Below, in pieces: positions 38,520 through 48,089 of a DNA stretch of 64,000 nt. Source of the DNA: a virus. Where the stretch lies: positions 15,531-79,530 of the IMG/VR virus record IMGVR_UViG_3300017598_001140, one strand, 5' to 3'. Position numbers and translations under genes: made by a program. Position 1 is the stretch's first letter. Every line of letters begins with the position of its first letter. The notes under the pieces were generated by a model. The model saw only the letters and a list, made by a program, of their open reading frames with translations, had not been told where the DNA came from and made no database searches.

Positions 38520-39850
38520 TGGCGACAGGTTTTGGACAATACCCGTTTGGGCATATGCCGTTTGGTCATCCTTTTAGTGCTTCCAACATCATTGATCTAG
38601 CGTACAACCCGCTTGCCAGCCCGTCTACCGGCCAAATGATTGGTTACATCGAGACGGAAGCGGTGGACGAAACTTTTGGTCTTGAGATATATAAATTTAT
38701 AATAAAAGAGATCAGAAACAAAGATGTTGAAAAAGGCTTGTTTCTGAAACGGTATTTGGAAGGCCCGCAACAGGTTTGGAATTCGATTCAATTGAAGGCA
38801 TTGGATTTGAAAACGTTGTGGGATGCGACAGCTATCCATGAAGATTGGTTGCCTTTTTTAAAGCCGATTGTAGGGTGGACCGCAAACCTAGACCACATAA
38901 CCGATCAACTCGACACAGACCATCTCAGGAGGCTTGTGGCTTCGTCTGTGGCTCTTTGGAAAGCAAGGGGGAATGAAGACTCCACAATGGACCTGCTAAC
39001 CCTTGCAACGGGCGTCAGGATGCGAATCTGGAATTGGTTTGATTTCAGGTGGCTTTCGGATGAAACGGTTTTAGGTGAAGAGCACGAAGGTTTTGACTCT
39101 TGGGTGATAGCATTGCCAGAGGGTGACGAAAAAGAAGAGTATTGGTCAAATCTCAGGATAGTTGACGACGGCGAATTGAACAGGAAATTGATTAGAGATA
39201 TTGTGAGGTTGATGCGCGGTGTTAGCGAGCGGTATCAAATAACATACCTCGCTTTTCTGGACATGTTTGAAGTAGACGGCGACGACTCGCAATGGTACGA
39301 CACGTATCAGGCCGCCACAACAGGGGCTCCGCTGTCCGTAAGCGATGGCGAAGCTTCATTGGTTGATGACTCTGTGGCTGAAGCCGCAATAGTAAAAAGC
39401 GATGAAGCGCAAGGGTGGGACAATTACGTTTGTTATTGGAAGGTAAAAGTGAGCCAAGTCGGCGGTTCTGCTGGCGTTGCTTCTTTGCGGTTTTATTCCG
39501 ATGATTTTGACAATGGATTTATTGTTGCATTGGATGTCCCGAACAATCGTTTTCGGTTGGGCGTTATTACAGCGGGCACGCCAGTTTACACTTGGAACGC
39601 TTCAATCATTCCGGGTTTTGTTGCAGATCTATATTACGGTGTCAGAGTCGTTGCGACTACGATTCCGGCAACTGGTCAGGTCAATATTATTTTGTATGTC
39701 GATAATGTCGAATTGATAAACGTCGATACAACGCCAGCGTTCAAGGGCGCTGTAGGATTTGGCCACGAAATAGATCAAACGATAACAATAGGCGAGATCG
39801 AAGTAATGAGGTTGCCTGTTGCTGAAGATTTAATTGAAATAAACACCTAG
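38519..39850 (+). CDS. Baseplate wedge protein (P2 gpI-like) with C-terminal lectin-like domain
   Basis: FLKRYL, WLPFLKPIVGW, LRRLVASSVALWKARG; beta-sandwich C-terminus. Confidence 0.72.
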   Translation: MATGFGQYPFGHMPFGHPFSASNIIDLAYNPLASPSTGQMIGYIETEAVDETFGLEIYKFIIKEIRNKDVEKGLFLKRYLEGPQQVWNSIQLKALDLKTLWDATAIHEDWLPFLKPIVGWTANLDHITDQLDTDHLRRLVASSVALWKARGNEDSTMDLLTLATGVRMRIWNWFDFRWLSDETVLGEEHEGFDSWVIALPEGDEKEEYWSNLRIVDDGELNRKLIRDIVRLMRGVSERYQITYLAFLDMFEVDGDDSQWYDTYQAATTGAPLSVSDGEASLVDDSVAEAAIVKSDEAQGWDNYVCYWKVKVSQVGGSAGVASLRFYSDDFDNGFIVALDVPNNRFRLGVITAGTPVYTWNASIIPGFVADLYYGVRVVATTIPATGQVNIILYVDNVELINVDTTPAFKGAVGFGHEIDQTITIGEIEVMRLPVAEDLIEINT

Positions 39851-39872
39851 CAAGTTTCATAGGAGAAAAAAA

Positions 39873-42122
39873 ATGGGAACCGGATTAACCAAATTAAATT
39901 TTTCAACAAGGCGCTTGCTTGGTAGGGAAGATTTTGAAACTCGTTTTTTTGGATATTTAAAAGAAATAAACAAGAGAACAAATCAGGCGTTTGCCGTTGG
40001 CGATTTAGTGTTGAACGGTACATTGACGTTTGATGGCGATGGAAACGATAAATTTAAAATAGAAAAAAGCGTTGCGACCGCAAAGTGTGTTGATTCCAAC
40101 GGAGAAACAATCGATCCGATTTTGAGCCCCGCTGCTGCGTATGTAGAGGGTGTTGATTTTCCAAATGCAAACACTATTCCGTATTATGTTGGAATACAGC
40201 ATGCAGATTTACCAAGTGCATTGACGATCAACCCTAGAACTGGCGAGCCAGAGTGGACAGAGCAAACGGACACTATTGGCGTAACAGACGAGCCCGATTC
40301 TGTTGTGGATAACGGCAATGGCACTTTGACTGCGAACCTAGATGCCATCTGTGGTGGATTGGATTGCAGCGGAAGAACGGCGGTAATTTTCCAAAACGAT
40401 TTAGCTAGTGGCGCTTTGAATCTTTCAATTGCATTGGAGACGCTGATTGTTTCGTGGAGTGGAAGTGCAAACACAATAACAACCGCAGGAGCGCTCGGTC
40501 AGCCGGTTATCTCTACAACAGCAGCCGATTATACAATTATTTTGTTGGGGCCGATTGTAAGAGGAACTACCACGATCAAAACGCAAGACGGCGTTGTGTA
40601 TGTCGGCAAGATAACAGGCAATGGCCCCGCAGCAACCCCTATTGCATTCGACTACACAGATCAACAAAACGCGAACAGTCTTGCGACTATTTTTTCAACT
40701 GGATTTAGCACGGATTTGTTTCCCGACACTGACAACATTTACGACATAGGCCAGCCAGGTTTGCGTTGGCGCAATATGTATATTGCAAATCTAAATTTAG
40801 GTGGTGATTTGCTACCAGCGTTGCACGACACATATCACATTGGCGCAAACGCTACTCGCTGGAAGGATGTATTTATATCTGGAACATTGGATTTGGTTGG
40901 CAACGTAAAAGGTCATTTTTACCCAGTGAGTGACGCCACATATGACCTTGGTATCACAGGGACGAACCGATGGAGAAGTATTTATGCGTATGGAGATTGT
41001 TTTTTGGGCGATTTGTATCCTACAGCTCATGGTAGTCGCGATTTAGGGTCAACCGGATTTAGATGGAGAAGTTTGTATTTGACAGGTGGAATAGCTAGTG
41101 GGGGCAGTTTGAATTGTGTTGGAGTTGAAGCTGCATACGCGACCATTGAAGGAGCGATTACTTCGACATTAGGAAACATATCAGCTAGCAGTGGTGACGT
41201 GTCGGCGTCGGGCAAATTGGCTGCGCCGAAAACATGGTTTGGTGGTTCTACCGATTTAATGATTGGAATAAACACGACAAATAATGATTACATTGGAGTT
41301 GATAACAGCGTCTTGCGATTGAACTTGTGTCGTGCGGCGGATTACAATGACGATTTTGAATCGTGGGTCGATCACACTTCGGACGATCCGGAATTAGTTT
41401 TTTGGGCCGCCAACCCTGCGGCAGATGAATATATGTCGATTAGACAGACTGGTTCTAATTATGGCGAGATCGTATCAAGGAGCGGGCCGGTAAGGTTTGC
41501 CCGAACAAATACAACCGGAACAAAAAGGCCGTCTTATTGGAGAGAACAAACAACAACGGCCAAGCAATTTTTGCAAAATCGTTGGACCGGCGGAGGCGCT
41601 TACGACGTAGAAGATGTCTATCCGTTAATTTACGCAAGGGGAGGAGACTCTGGCGTTGGCTGGGGGTGGGGTGCTCTTATAGATCAAGAAGAAAAGCATC
41701 TTACAGGGATGATGCATCTTGACGAAGAGTTTAATGATTACAGCGGCGAAGGAGGACTGTGGGTTGAAATTCTTTTTGAGCCGCATGTGTACTCTTTAAC
41801 CACAGATGACATGCGCCCTTATGTTTCAATTTCAGAAGGGCTTCAAGCAAACAATGACGAGGAGTTTACATACGACCTTGCAACCAGCGCAGGCACTATC
41901 GAAGTCGGAACCAGCGGCCACAAAGTAATGTCGGTTGAAATAGACATATCGTATTTGAGCACAGTTTTTTCAGGGGACGACTGGTTCAGGTGGGAGGTCT
42001 ATTTCGACAACTTAGGTGACAGCGGTTATGTCGATGAAGTAATTGTTTACGCCGTAATAGTAAAATACAGAACTTATCATCCAGCGCGTATTTTGCCGGT
42101 TTCTGTTGTCAATCAACTCTGA
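39873..42122 (+). CDS. Tail fibre protein
   Basis: Follows the gpI-like gene. Four copies of the P..d.tYDlG....RW..ly fibre shaft repeat. Confidence 0.75.
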   Translation: MGTGLTKLNFSTRRLLGREDFETRFFGYLKEINKRTNQAFAVGDLVLNGTLTFDGDGNDKFKIEKSVATAKCVDSNGETIDPILSPAAAYVEGVDFPNANTIPYYVGIQHADLPSALTINPRTGEPEWTEQTDTIGVTDEPDSVVDNGNGTLTANLDAICGGLDCSGRTAVIFQNDLASGALNLSIALETLIVSWSGSANTITTAGALGQPVISTTAADYTIILLGPIVRGTTTIKTQDGVVYVGKITGNGPAATPIAFDYTDQQNANSLATIFSTGFSTDLFPDTDNIYDIGQPGLRWRNMYIANLNLGGDLLPALHDTYHIGANATRWKDVFISGTLDLVGNVKGHFYPVSDATYDLGITGTNRWRSIYAYGDCFLGDLYPTAHGSRDLGSTGFRWRSLYLTGGIASGGSLNCVGVEAAYATIEGAITSTLGNISASSGDVSASGKLAAPKTWFGGSTDLMIGINTTNNDYIGVDNSVLRLNLCRAADYNDDFESWVDHTSDDPELVFWAANPAADEYMSIRQTGSNYGEIVSRSGPVRFARTNTTGTKRPSYWREQTTTAKQFLQNRWTGGGAYDVEDVYPLIYARGGDSGVGWGWGALIDQEEKHLTGMMHLDEEFNDYSGEGGLWVEILFEPHVYSLTTDDMRPYVSISEGLQANNDEEFTYDLATSAGTIEVGTSGHKVMSVEIDISYLSTVFSGDDWFRWEVYFDNLGDSGYVDEVIVYAVIVKYRTYHPARILPVSVVNQL

Positions 42123-42139
42123 TTTTTGATTTAAAAACA

Positions 42140-42148
42140 AACACGGTT
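42140..42148 (+). promoter_or_regulatory. Intergenic motif AACACGGTT, copy 3 of 3
   Basis: See copy 1. Confidence 0.4.
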
Positions 42149-42182
42149 TATTGCAAAAGCAAACAACCAAAGGAGAAAGAAA

Positions 42183-42560
42183 ATGTCCGACACGGAAAAA
42201 AGCGTTTCAACAGAAAAAAAAGAGCAGCTTCAGTTGCAGCCGCCTCGCCCCGGTTTCAAGGTGATGACCGATCAAGATATAAACGAATACATGACAGGGT
42301 TAGGGCGCAGCGACGGCGGAAAATTCGAAGGCTCAGAGGCGACGGCTGAAGCAGAGCTTCGACTTGTAGCTGAAAAAAGAAATCAAATTTTTCAACAGAT
42401 TCAAAATGTCGAAGTTCAATTGGAAAATATGAAAAAAGAAGCGGAGAGAGTTACTGGCGAAATGGATGCTTTCGGATTGATTTTACAACGCGCTGAAGAC
42501 GAAAGGCGCTTCAATCGAATACAAGAAATAAAAATTACTAAAATAAAAAAAGAAGAATGA
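42183..42560 (+). CDS. Coiled-coil hypothetical protein
   Basis: AGGAG RBS; heptad region. Confidence 0.55.
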   Translation: MSDTEKSVSTEKKEQLQLQPPRPGFKVMTDQDINEYMTGLGRSDGGKFEGSEATAEAELRLVAEKRNQIFQQIQNVEVQLENMKKEAERVTGEMDAFGLILQRAEDERRFNRIQEIKITKIKKEE

Positions 42561-42573
42561 TGGAGGGAACAAG

Positions 42574-42957
42574 ATGGCGAAATTTCCAATCAAAGAAATT
42601 GAAATGAATGATAGAGCAAACATGGTCAAAATTTTCGAGAAGCATTTTTTGAAGTCAAAAAAGTTTCTTGCTTTTTTGCTGTTGCTGGCCTTGCTCAGTG
42701 CGTTTGTGATTTGTTTTTTGAAATGGCGTTTTGATTTCGGCTGGCCTGCGGCGTCTGTGATGATTGCGATCATCTTTACAATGGGTTTTGTCACTCTGGC
42801 CTTCAACGGCAAGCAAGCCGCATTGGATCAATACACAAGGGGAATCGCGCTTACCGGAAAGATGCCCGGAGCCGTAGTAAAAGGTGTTCAGCAAGCAATT
42901 CAACCGCCGCCGAAAGACGCCAAACCATACAGCGATGAAGAAAGCGACGAATTGTGA
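42574..42957 (+). CDS. Holin-like membrane protein (2 TM)
   Basis: LKSKKFLAFLLLL... followed by a second hydrophobic helix; at the end of the structural operon. Confidence 0.6.
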   Translation: MAKFPIKEIEMNDRANMVKIFEKHFLKSKKFLAFLLLLALLSAFVICFLKWRFDFGWPAASVMIAIIFTMGFVTLAFNGKQAALDQYTRGIALTGKMPGAVVKGVQQAIQPPPKDAKPYSDEESDEL

Positions 42958-43406
42958 TGAAGCCCGTTTCAAAAGTTTGGAATTGGTGGAAGAAGAAACC
43001 GGCTTTTTTAAAGTGGGTTCTTTTTCTTTTCATGGTCGTCGCGGTTGTTGGTTCTGTCGTGGTCGCATTTTGCCAAACGGCTTACAGAAAAGGAGCGTTC
43101 GGAGTTGACCCAGTTAAAACCGCAAAAGAAGAAGCGGAGAAATTTTTTGCTAGTGAATTCCAAGACGCAAAGGACGAAGACGAAAAACTTCTCGAAAAAA
43201 TAGATGAAGAAAAAGATGTCAGAAAAGACTTGGATGAAAAGAGGGCGGTCGATGTTAAAGAAGCAGAAAGCAAACGCGATAAAATTAAAAACGCTGGTTC
43301 TTTTGATGACATTACTTCTGCCATTCATGGCGCTCAGTCAGACCCAGATGAAGACACTCGAAAAACCTCCGTCCCTCCGAAAGCCTCCGGTCGGCCAAAA
43401 GGTTGA
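42954..43406 (+). CDS. i-spanin-like protein (N-terminal TM + coiled coil)
   Basis: Follows the holin-like gene; one TM segment then a charged helix. Confidence 0.5.
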   Translation: MMKPVSKVWNWWKKKPAFLKWVLFLFMVVAVVGSVVVAFCQTAYRKGAFGVDPVKTAKEEAEKFFASEFQDAKDEDEKLLEKIDEEKDVRKDLDEKRAVDVKEAESKRDKIKNAGSFDDITSAIHGAQSDPDEDTRKTSVPPKASGRPKG

Positions 43407-43770
43407 AAAAAGCAACCAAGAATATTGGTGCTATTCGTTCGGAGAATATCAGGAACTTGGCTTGGTATTGGTCGACTACGAAGACCTTTGGAAATACGCG
43501 CTTTTCATCGAAGAAAAAAACGCATCGTTGAAGAGAGATTTCGTGTCACAGCAGCAACGCGCTCAGAATTGGAGAGACGCCGCCGAGACGCAAAAAAAGC
43601 GCGGTGATTTTCTTGGAAAGATGTGGGACGAAGAGCACAAGTTTCGTTTGCAGCTCGAAGCGAAAAATAAGTGGCATTGGGTTCCGTGGGCGCTTGTAGT
43701 GGTCGAATCTGTAGTGTTTGCGGGCATAGGTGCCTACGCTTTTGCTACCGCTCCAGACCCGTCAAAATAA
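43252..43770 (+). CDS. Spanin-like partner (signal peptide, coiled coil, C-terminal TM), overlapping the previous gene
   Basis: KLKTLVLLMTLLLPFMALSQ signal; C-terminal WALVVVESVVFAGIGAYAF. Start codon uncertain. Confidence 0.5.
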   Translation: MLKKQKANAIKLKTLVLLMTLLLPFMALSQTQMKTLEKPPSLRKPPVGQKVEKSNQEYWCYSFGEYQELGLVLVDYEDLWKYALFIEEKNASLKRDFVSQQQRAQNWRDAAETQKKRGDFLGKMWDEEHKFRLQLEAKNKWHWVPWALVVVESVVFAGIGAYAFATAPDPSK

Positions 43771-43808
43771 AAATCACCTTCAGAATAGTTTTTCCAGTAT
43801 TATAAAGC

Positions 43809-45269
43809 ATGGCTGTAAAAATTTTTATCGACAATCAATTTGTGCGAATAAGGAGCGCTACGCCTTCGGTTATTCGCAAGCTTGAGAAGGTTACGAGTTA
43901 TTATGTTCAAGGCTATTTTTTTTCTCCGGCTTTCCGAAGCAAAAGGTGGGACGGGAAAGAGCACCTTCTAAAGTATTCTAAAACAAAGGGCTACAGAGCG
44001 CCGGTCGGTTTGCTTGTTGATATTTTGAAGGAGTTGAAGCGAATTGAGATTGGCTACAAGCTTGTGGACCAAAGGCGAAAGCCGAACAAATTTTTTAAGT
44101 TTGGTTGGAACGAAGATTTTGTTCTGAGAGATTATCAAAACGATTGCGTTGAAGTGATCTCAGGAAAGCCGCTGCCGGGCAGGGGAATAGTTCAAACGCC
44201 AATTAGATCCGGAAAGACTTTGATAGCTGCGGCGATAATCAAAAAGCTTGGTGTCTCTACTCTTTTCGTGGTGCCTTCCAGAATGTTGCTTTATCAGACG
44301 AAAGAAGTTTTTGAAAACGTGCTTTGTGAGAACGTTGGAATTATTGGCGACGGGCATTGGAACGTCAAACCGATCACCGTGGCGACCGCTCAGAGCCTTC
44401 ACAGAGCGCACGGAGGTTGGCGCAAGGGTAAGGACAAGAAAAGGTTCAAACTGCCCACAGAACCGCGTTTCAAGGCATTGGCCAAAGAGATAGACTTGGC
44501 TTTCTTCGATGAGGCGCATCATTTGACAGCAGACGGGTGGCACGAGGTCATGCAAAGCTTCAATTCTTTTTACAAGATTGGATTGAGCGCGACTGTTTTT
44601 TTGGAGCACGAGAAGCAGTGTGAAAAGGGTGTGATTTGGTTGAAGGCGTGTTGCGGCGATGTTCAGTTTTCCGTCACTCCTACGGAGCTGATTGAAAAGG
44701 GGTTTTTGATGAGGCCCAAAATACAGATTTACAAAGTGCTTGAACCGAGTCACGTTTTCGAGAGAAGGTGGAGCGCCGAGCTAAAAAATTTGTGCATTAA
44801 TTGCAACCCCGTCAGGAACGCTTTGATCTGCGAGCTTGTCGAAAAACATGTGGGAAATAAAAAGAAGGTTTTGGTGATTTCAAATCGCTTGAACCAAATC
44901 GAAATATTGGACGAACTTTTTCACGATGCGGGCCTGATGTATGCGGTCATTGTTGGCAAAACTTCAACAGAGAAAAGGAAAGAAATTCTTTCGGATTACA
45001 AAGAAGGAATTTATGACGTTTTGTTAGGGACCGTTTTCGGAGAAGGTGTGGATCTGCCAAGCGTCGAGTGCGTGATAAACGCAGAAGGCGGAAAAGACGT
45101 GAAAGCAACGATCCAAAGAATGAGAAACTTGACGCCGAGTGAAGGAAAAAAAGAGGCGATTTATATCGACTTTGCAGACTTGATGAATCCTTATTTTTCA
45201 GGTCACAGCTTGGAGCGTTTAAAAGTGTACAGAGCGGAAGAGGGCTTCGGGGTCAAGCTGCTCAATTAA
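43809..45269 (+). CDS. Superfamily 2 DEAH helicase (UvsW-like)
   Basis: LRDYQ, PIRSGKT, DEAHH, GLSAT, EGVDLP, QRMR. Confidence 0.9.
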   Translation: MAVKIFIDNQFVRIRSATPSVIRKLEKVTSYYVQGYFFSPAFRSKRWDGKEHLLKYSKTKGYRAPVGLLVDILKELKRIEIGYKLVDQRRKPNKFFKFGWNEDFVLRDYQNDCVEVISGKPLPGRGIVQTPIRSGKTLIAAAIIKKLGVSTLFVVPSRMLLYQTKEVFENVLCENVGIIGDGHWNVKPITVATAQSLHRAHGGWRKGKDKKRFKLPTEPRFKALAKEIDLAFFDEAHHLTADGWHEVMQSFNSFYKIGLSATVFLEHEKQCEKGVIWLKACCGDVQFSVTPTELIEKGFLMRPKIQIYKVLEPSHVFERRWSAELKNLCINCNPVRNALICELVEKHVGNKKKVLVISNRLNQIEILDELFHDAGLMYAVIVGKTSTEKRKEILSDYKEGIYDVLLGTVFGEGVDLPSVECVINAEGGKDVKATIQRMRNLTPSEGKKEAIYIDFADLMNPYFSGHSLERLKVYRAEEGFGVKLLN

Positions 45270-45349
45270 AAATTTTTTGGACTTCTTTTTTTTAAGAAGT
45301 TATTGTGGAACCGCCACGTTGAGATCGGCAATCTTTGAAAGGCACGAAA

Positions 45350-46771
45350 ATGGATGGACAAACGACGGCTATTCAAGAGGCTTATGACGAGCTTTCACAG
45401 CGCGCTTTTGCTGTTTGGGTTCGGCTGATGATGTGCAGCGAGGAAGAGCTTTTGGGGCGCGAGTGTGTGGCTAAACTTCTTCGTTATTCAACGTCTCAAT
45501 CAAATGCGATTTTGAAAGAATTGAAAAGGCAAAAATACATCCGGTTTGACCGCTCAGGAAACCCCGGAACAAAAACCAGAATTATTGTGTTGAAGCGCGC
45601 TCTTATTTCCGGGCCTAATCACTTTGTTAAATTAACGAGCATTATTTCTCAATCTTTTGAAAAAGCTAGGGAGGCGGATCGTATTCTGTCCATGACTTGT
45701 TCGCCGTCTGTCGACAAAAGGGAAGAGCAAAAAAAGTCGATAGATATCGAAGAAAATTGTGGTGCTTCCGAACCTTTGAAAAAGAAAAAAAGAGGAAAGA
45801 AAAAAACAGATTCTTCTAAGTCGTCGGAATCGCAACGCAAACTTGATGAAAACGGTAAACCAAAGAAGAAGAAAAAATCCAAGAAAACGGCTGGCGATGA
45901 CTTAAAAACAGTTCATGGATTGAAGGGTAAAAACATTCCAAAAAGTCGAAAGAAAGTGAAAATTTCTGGGGAACTTTCCGAACTTCCTAATACCAAAAAA
46001 AATAAGGGTGCTGTTTCTTCTATATCTAATAATATTAGTTCTATTGATCTGGGAAAGATCAAGAAGAAAGTAAGTAAAAGAAAGAACGAACAAAACAAGA
46101 AGCGTTTCCGTAGGAAACGTATGACAATAGAGCAATTGGATTGGAAACGAATAGAAAAATATAAGTCGGTTATTGACTTTGAGCCTTCAGAAAAACAAAG
46201 AAGAAAATTGATAAGGCTTCTCGACAAAGATGCGAAAAACAAAAAGAGAAAAGAGTTGAGTGAAAACCTTGGATGTGAATTCGCCGCGATATACATGCGT
46301 TACAGGAGATTGGTTCAGGAAGCGAGCGGATTGGCCAGAAGTTTTCGGGTTTACAAAGAAGAGCACAAGCACGCTAGGAAAGCCGGAGAGTGGTGCATAC
46401 GAAAAGAGATAACGCCGCTTGAATTGGTTCGCTATTGGCACGAGCATGTGAAAGATTTTGCAAACAGCAAGATGAAGGTTCCGCCGCTTGCTTTCTTGGC
46501 GTCTCCTGTGAACATTGACACGGCGATTTGTTGTCTTGGTGAACCGGCAAAAGAAGAAGGACAAAAGAAGCACGGCTTCAGCGATGTCGGAGAGCTTGAA
46601 CGTGGTTTGAGAGCAGGATTGGAAGGGGCTGGTTTCTCAGTGAAGAAGTACGATGACCGGTTTCTGTTGACCATTCAAAAAACAGCCGCCGCCGTGGCAA
46701 GTGGTTCTAACATCTATGTGTCGAGCGAGATGAAGCCATTGGTGGATTGGACTGTCAAAAATTTATATTGA
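45350..46771 (+). CDS. Putative replication initiator (N-terminal wHTH, Lys-rich linker)
   Basis: LSQRAFAVW...VAKLLRYS..QSNAILKELKRQKYI wHTH pattern; directly upstream of the DnaC-like gene. Confidence 0.6.
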   Translation: MDGQTTAIQEAYDELSQRAFAVWVRLMMCSEEELLGRECVAKLLRYSTSQSNAILKELKRQKYIRFDRSGNPGTKTRIIVLKRALISGPNHFVKLTSIISQSFEKAREADRILSMTCSPSVDKREEQKKSIDIEENCGASEPLKKKKRGKKKTDSSKSSESQRKLDENGKPKKKKKSKKTAGDDLKTVHGLKGKNIPKSRKKVKISGELSELPNTKKNKGAVSSISNNISSIDLGKIKKKVSKRKNEQNKKRFRRKRMTIEQLDWKRIEKYKSVIDFEPSEKQRRKLIRLLDKDAKNKKRKELSENLGCEFAAIYMRYRRLVQEASGLARSFRVYKEEHKHARKAGEWCIRKEITPLELVRYWHEHVKDFANSKMKVPPLAFLASPVNIDTAICCLGEPAKEEGQKKHGFSDVGELERGLRAGLEGAGFSVKKYDDRFLLTIQKTAAAVASGSNIYVSSEMKPLVDWTVKNLY

Positions 46772-46784
46772 AAGTTGGCGTGAC

Positions 46785-47504
46785 ATGAAGACAAAAATCG
46801 AGGTTGAAGCGTATTCGGAAACGTTGCGGCATTTTGTTTTGGCGAAGTGTAAAAAGTGCAGGGGATTGGATGTGAATTGTGATTGCAGAGAAAAATATTA
46901 TTTCAACGTGGCGGCTTATGAAGCCTGCGTGCCGAAAGATTTTTGGAGTGTCGCTTCAAGCGATGTCAGCCACAACAAAGAAGTTTTTAACGGCGTGATT
47001 GAAAAATATGTTTCCGGATTGGATAAAGCGCTGAGACACGGGTATGGATTGGTTTTACTCGGCGACAACGGGGTGGGCAAAACATTTTTTATCAGCTACG
47101 TGCTAACAAAAGCAATCAGGTTAAGAAGGACGGTTTATTATACGACCTTGCCACAGCTTGAGCATGACATGATGGCAGGGATGGACGACAAGGAAGCGAA
47201 GAGAAGATTGGATTGGCTTTTGACTTCTGATTTTTTAGCGATAGACGAGATGGGAAAAGAGAAGAGAAAAACAAAAAACGGTTCCTTGTTTGTCAACGTT
47301 CAAATGGAGCGGATTTTGAAACAGCGGTACGACGATAGCATGCCTGTTTTATTAGCCACAAACATGGACCACGGAGCGCTTGCTGGTTCATACGGTTCAA
47401 CGGTCATGTCGATTATTGATGGGAAGTACCAAACCGTAGCAATGGAACCCGGCGATTGTCGAAAAAAAATGGCTGAAAAAATGACAAAGGATATGAAGTA
47501 TTGA
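46785..47504 (+). CDS. DnaC/IstB-like helicase loader ATPase
   Basis: N-terminal Cys cluster, GDNGVGKT, LAIDEMGKE, LLATN. Confidence 0.88.
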   Translation: MKTKIEVEAYSETLRHFVLAKCKKCRGLDVNCDCREKYYFNVAAYEACVPKDFWSVASSDVSHNKEVFNGVIEKYVSGLDKALRHGYGLVLLGDNGVGKTFFISYVLTKAIRLRRTVYYTTLPQLEHDMMAGMDDKEAKRRLDWLLTSDFLAIDEMGKEKRKTKNGSLFVNVQMERILKQRYDDSMPVLLATNMDHGALAGSYGSTVMSIIDGKYQTVAMEPGDCRKKMAEKMTKDMKY

Positions 47505-47506
47505 AA

Positions 47507-47518
47507 GGGGGGGGGGGG
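47507..47518 (+). repeat. G12 homopolymer
   Basis: Twelve consecutive G between the DnaC-like stop and ATG 47525. Confidence 0.9.
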
Positions 47519-47524
47519 AAGTCG

Positions 47525-48079
47525 ATGGACTTTGAAAGAACTTTGTTCAACAGAAAATACGAACTATTGGTTAAAGAAATGCTGCGTCTGAAAAGATTAA
47601 TTATCAAAAGCACAAAAGAGGTAAATCGACTTTTAGAAACAAGCAAAAAGGAGAGAGCAATGAGAGAGCAGTATAAACCAGATAAGCCCGGCCATTACTG
47701 GTATCTACCGGTCGGTGGAAACGTCGACGACGATTGGATCGTTTTGAAAGTGATTCAGTTCGAGGAAAGAGAAATGTGGACTTCAGTTGAAGGGTACGGC
47801 AAAAAAGTTTCCGGGCTAGAGGGTCGTTGGCTGGAAGGTTCATTGGAAGATTCGAGGGGGCTACATTATTTTTACCAAACGTTGAAGATGTCTGATGAAA
47901 GCCCTGCGGAATTGGAAGCGAATGTCGAGCAGCTTTTCGAGGATATGGGTGGTGAATTCAAAGGCAAAGAATTGAACGATTGGTTCAACAAACACACAAA
48001 CGCCACCGGGTCGGGGCCGGTAAAGCCTCCGCCGTCTTTGGTGTCTGTTGATTCTAAAAATGTGAAGCTAGGCAAGTAG
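47525..48079 (+). CDS. Hypothetical protein
   Basis: KPDKPGHYWY motif; alternative TTG start at 47501. Confidence 0.55.
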   Translation: MDFERTLFNRKYELLVKEMLRLKRLIIKSTKEVNRLLETSKKERAMREQYKPDKPGHYWYLPVGGNVDDDWIVLKVIQFEEREMWTSVEGYGKKVSGLEGRWLEGSLEDSRGLHYFYQTLKMSDESPAELEANVEQLFEDMGGEFKGKELNDWFNKHTNATGSGPVKPPPSLVSVDSKNVKLGK

Positions 48080-48089
48080 AAAGAAGCCC

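Noticed and set aside
7907-42122. Diversity-generating retroelement acting on fibre genes
   Set aside because: No reverse transcriptase in the window and no template/variable repeat pair differing only at adenines was seen.
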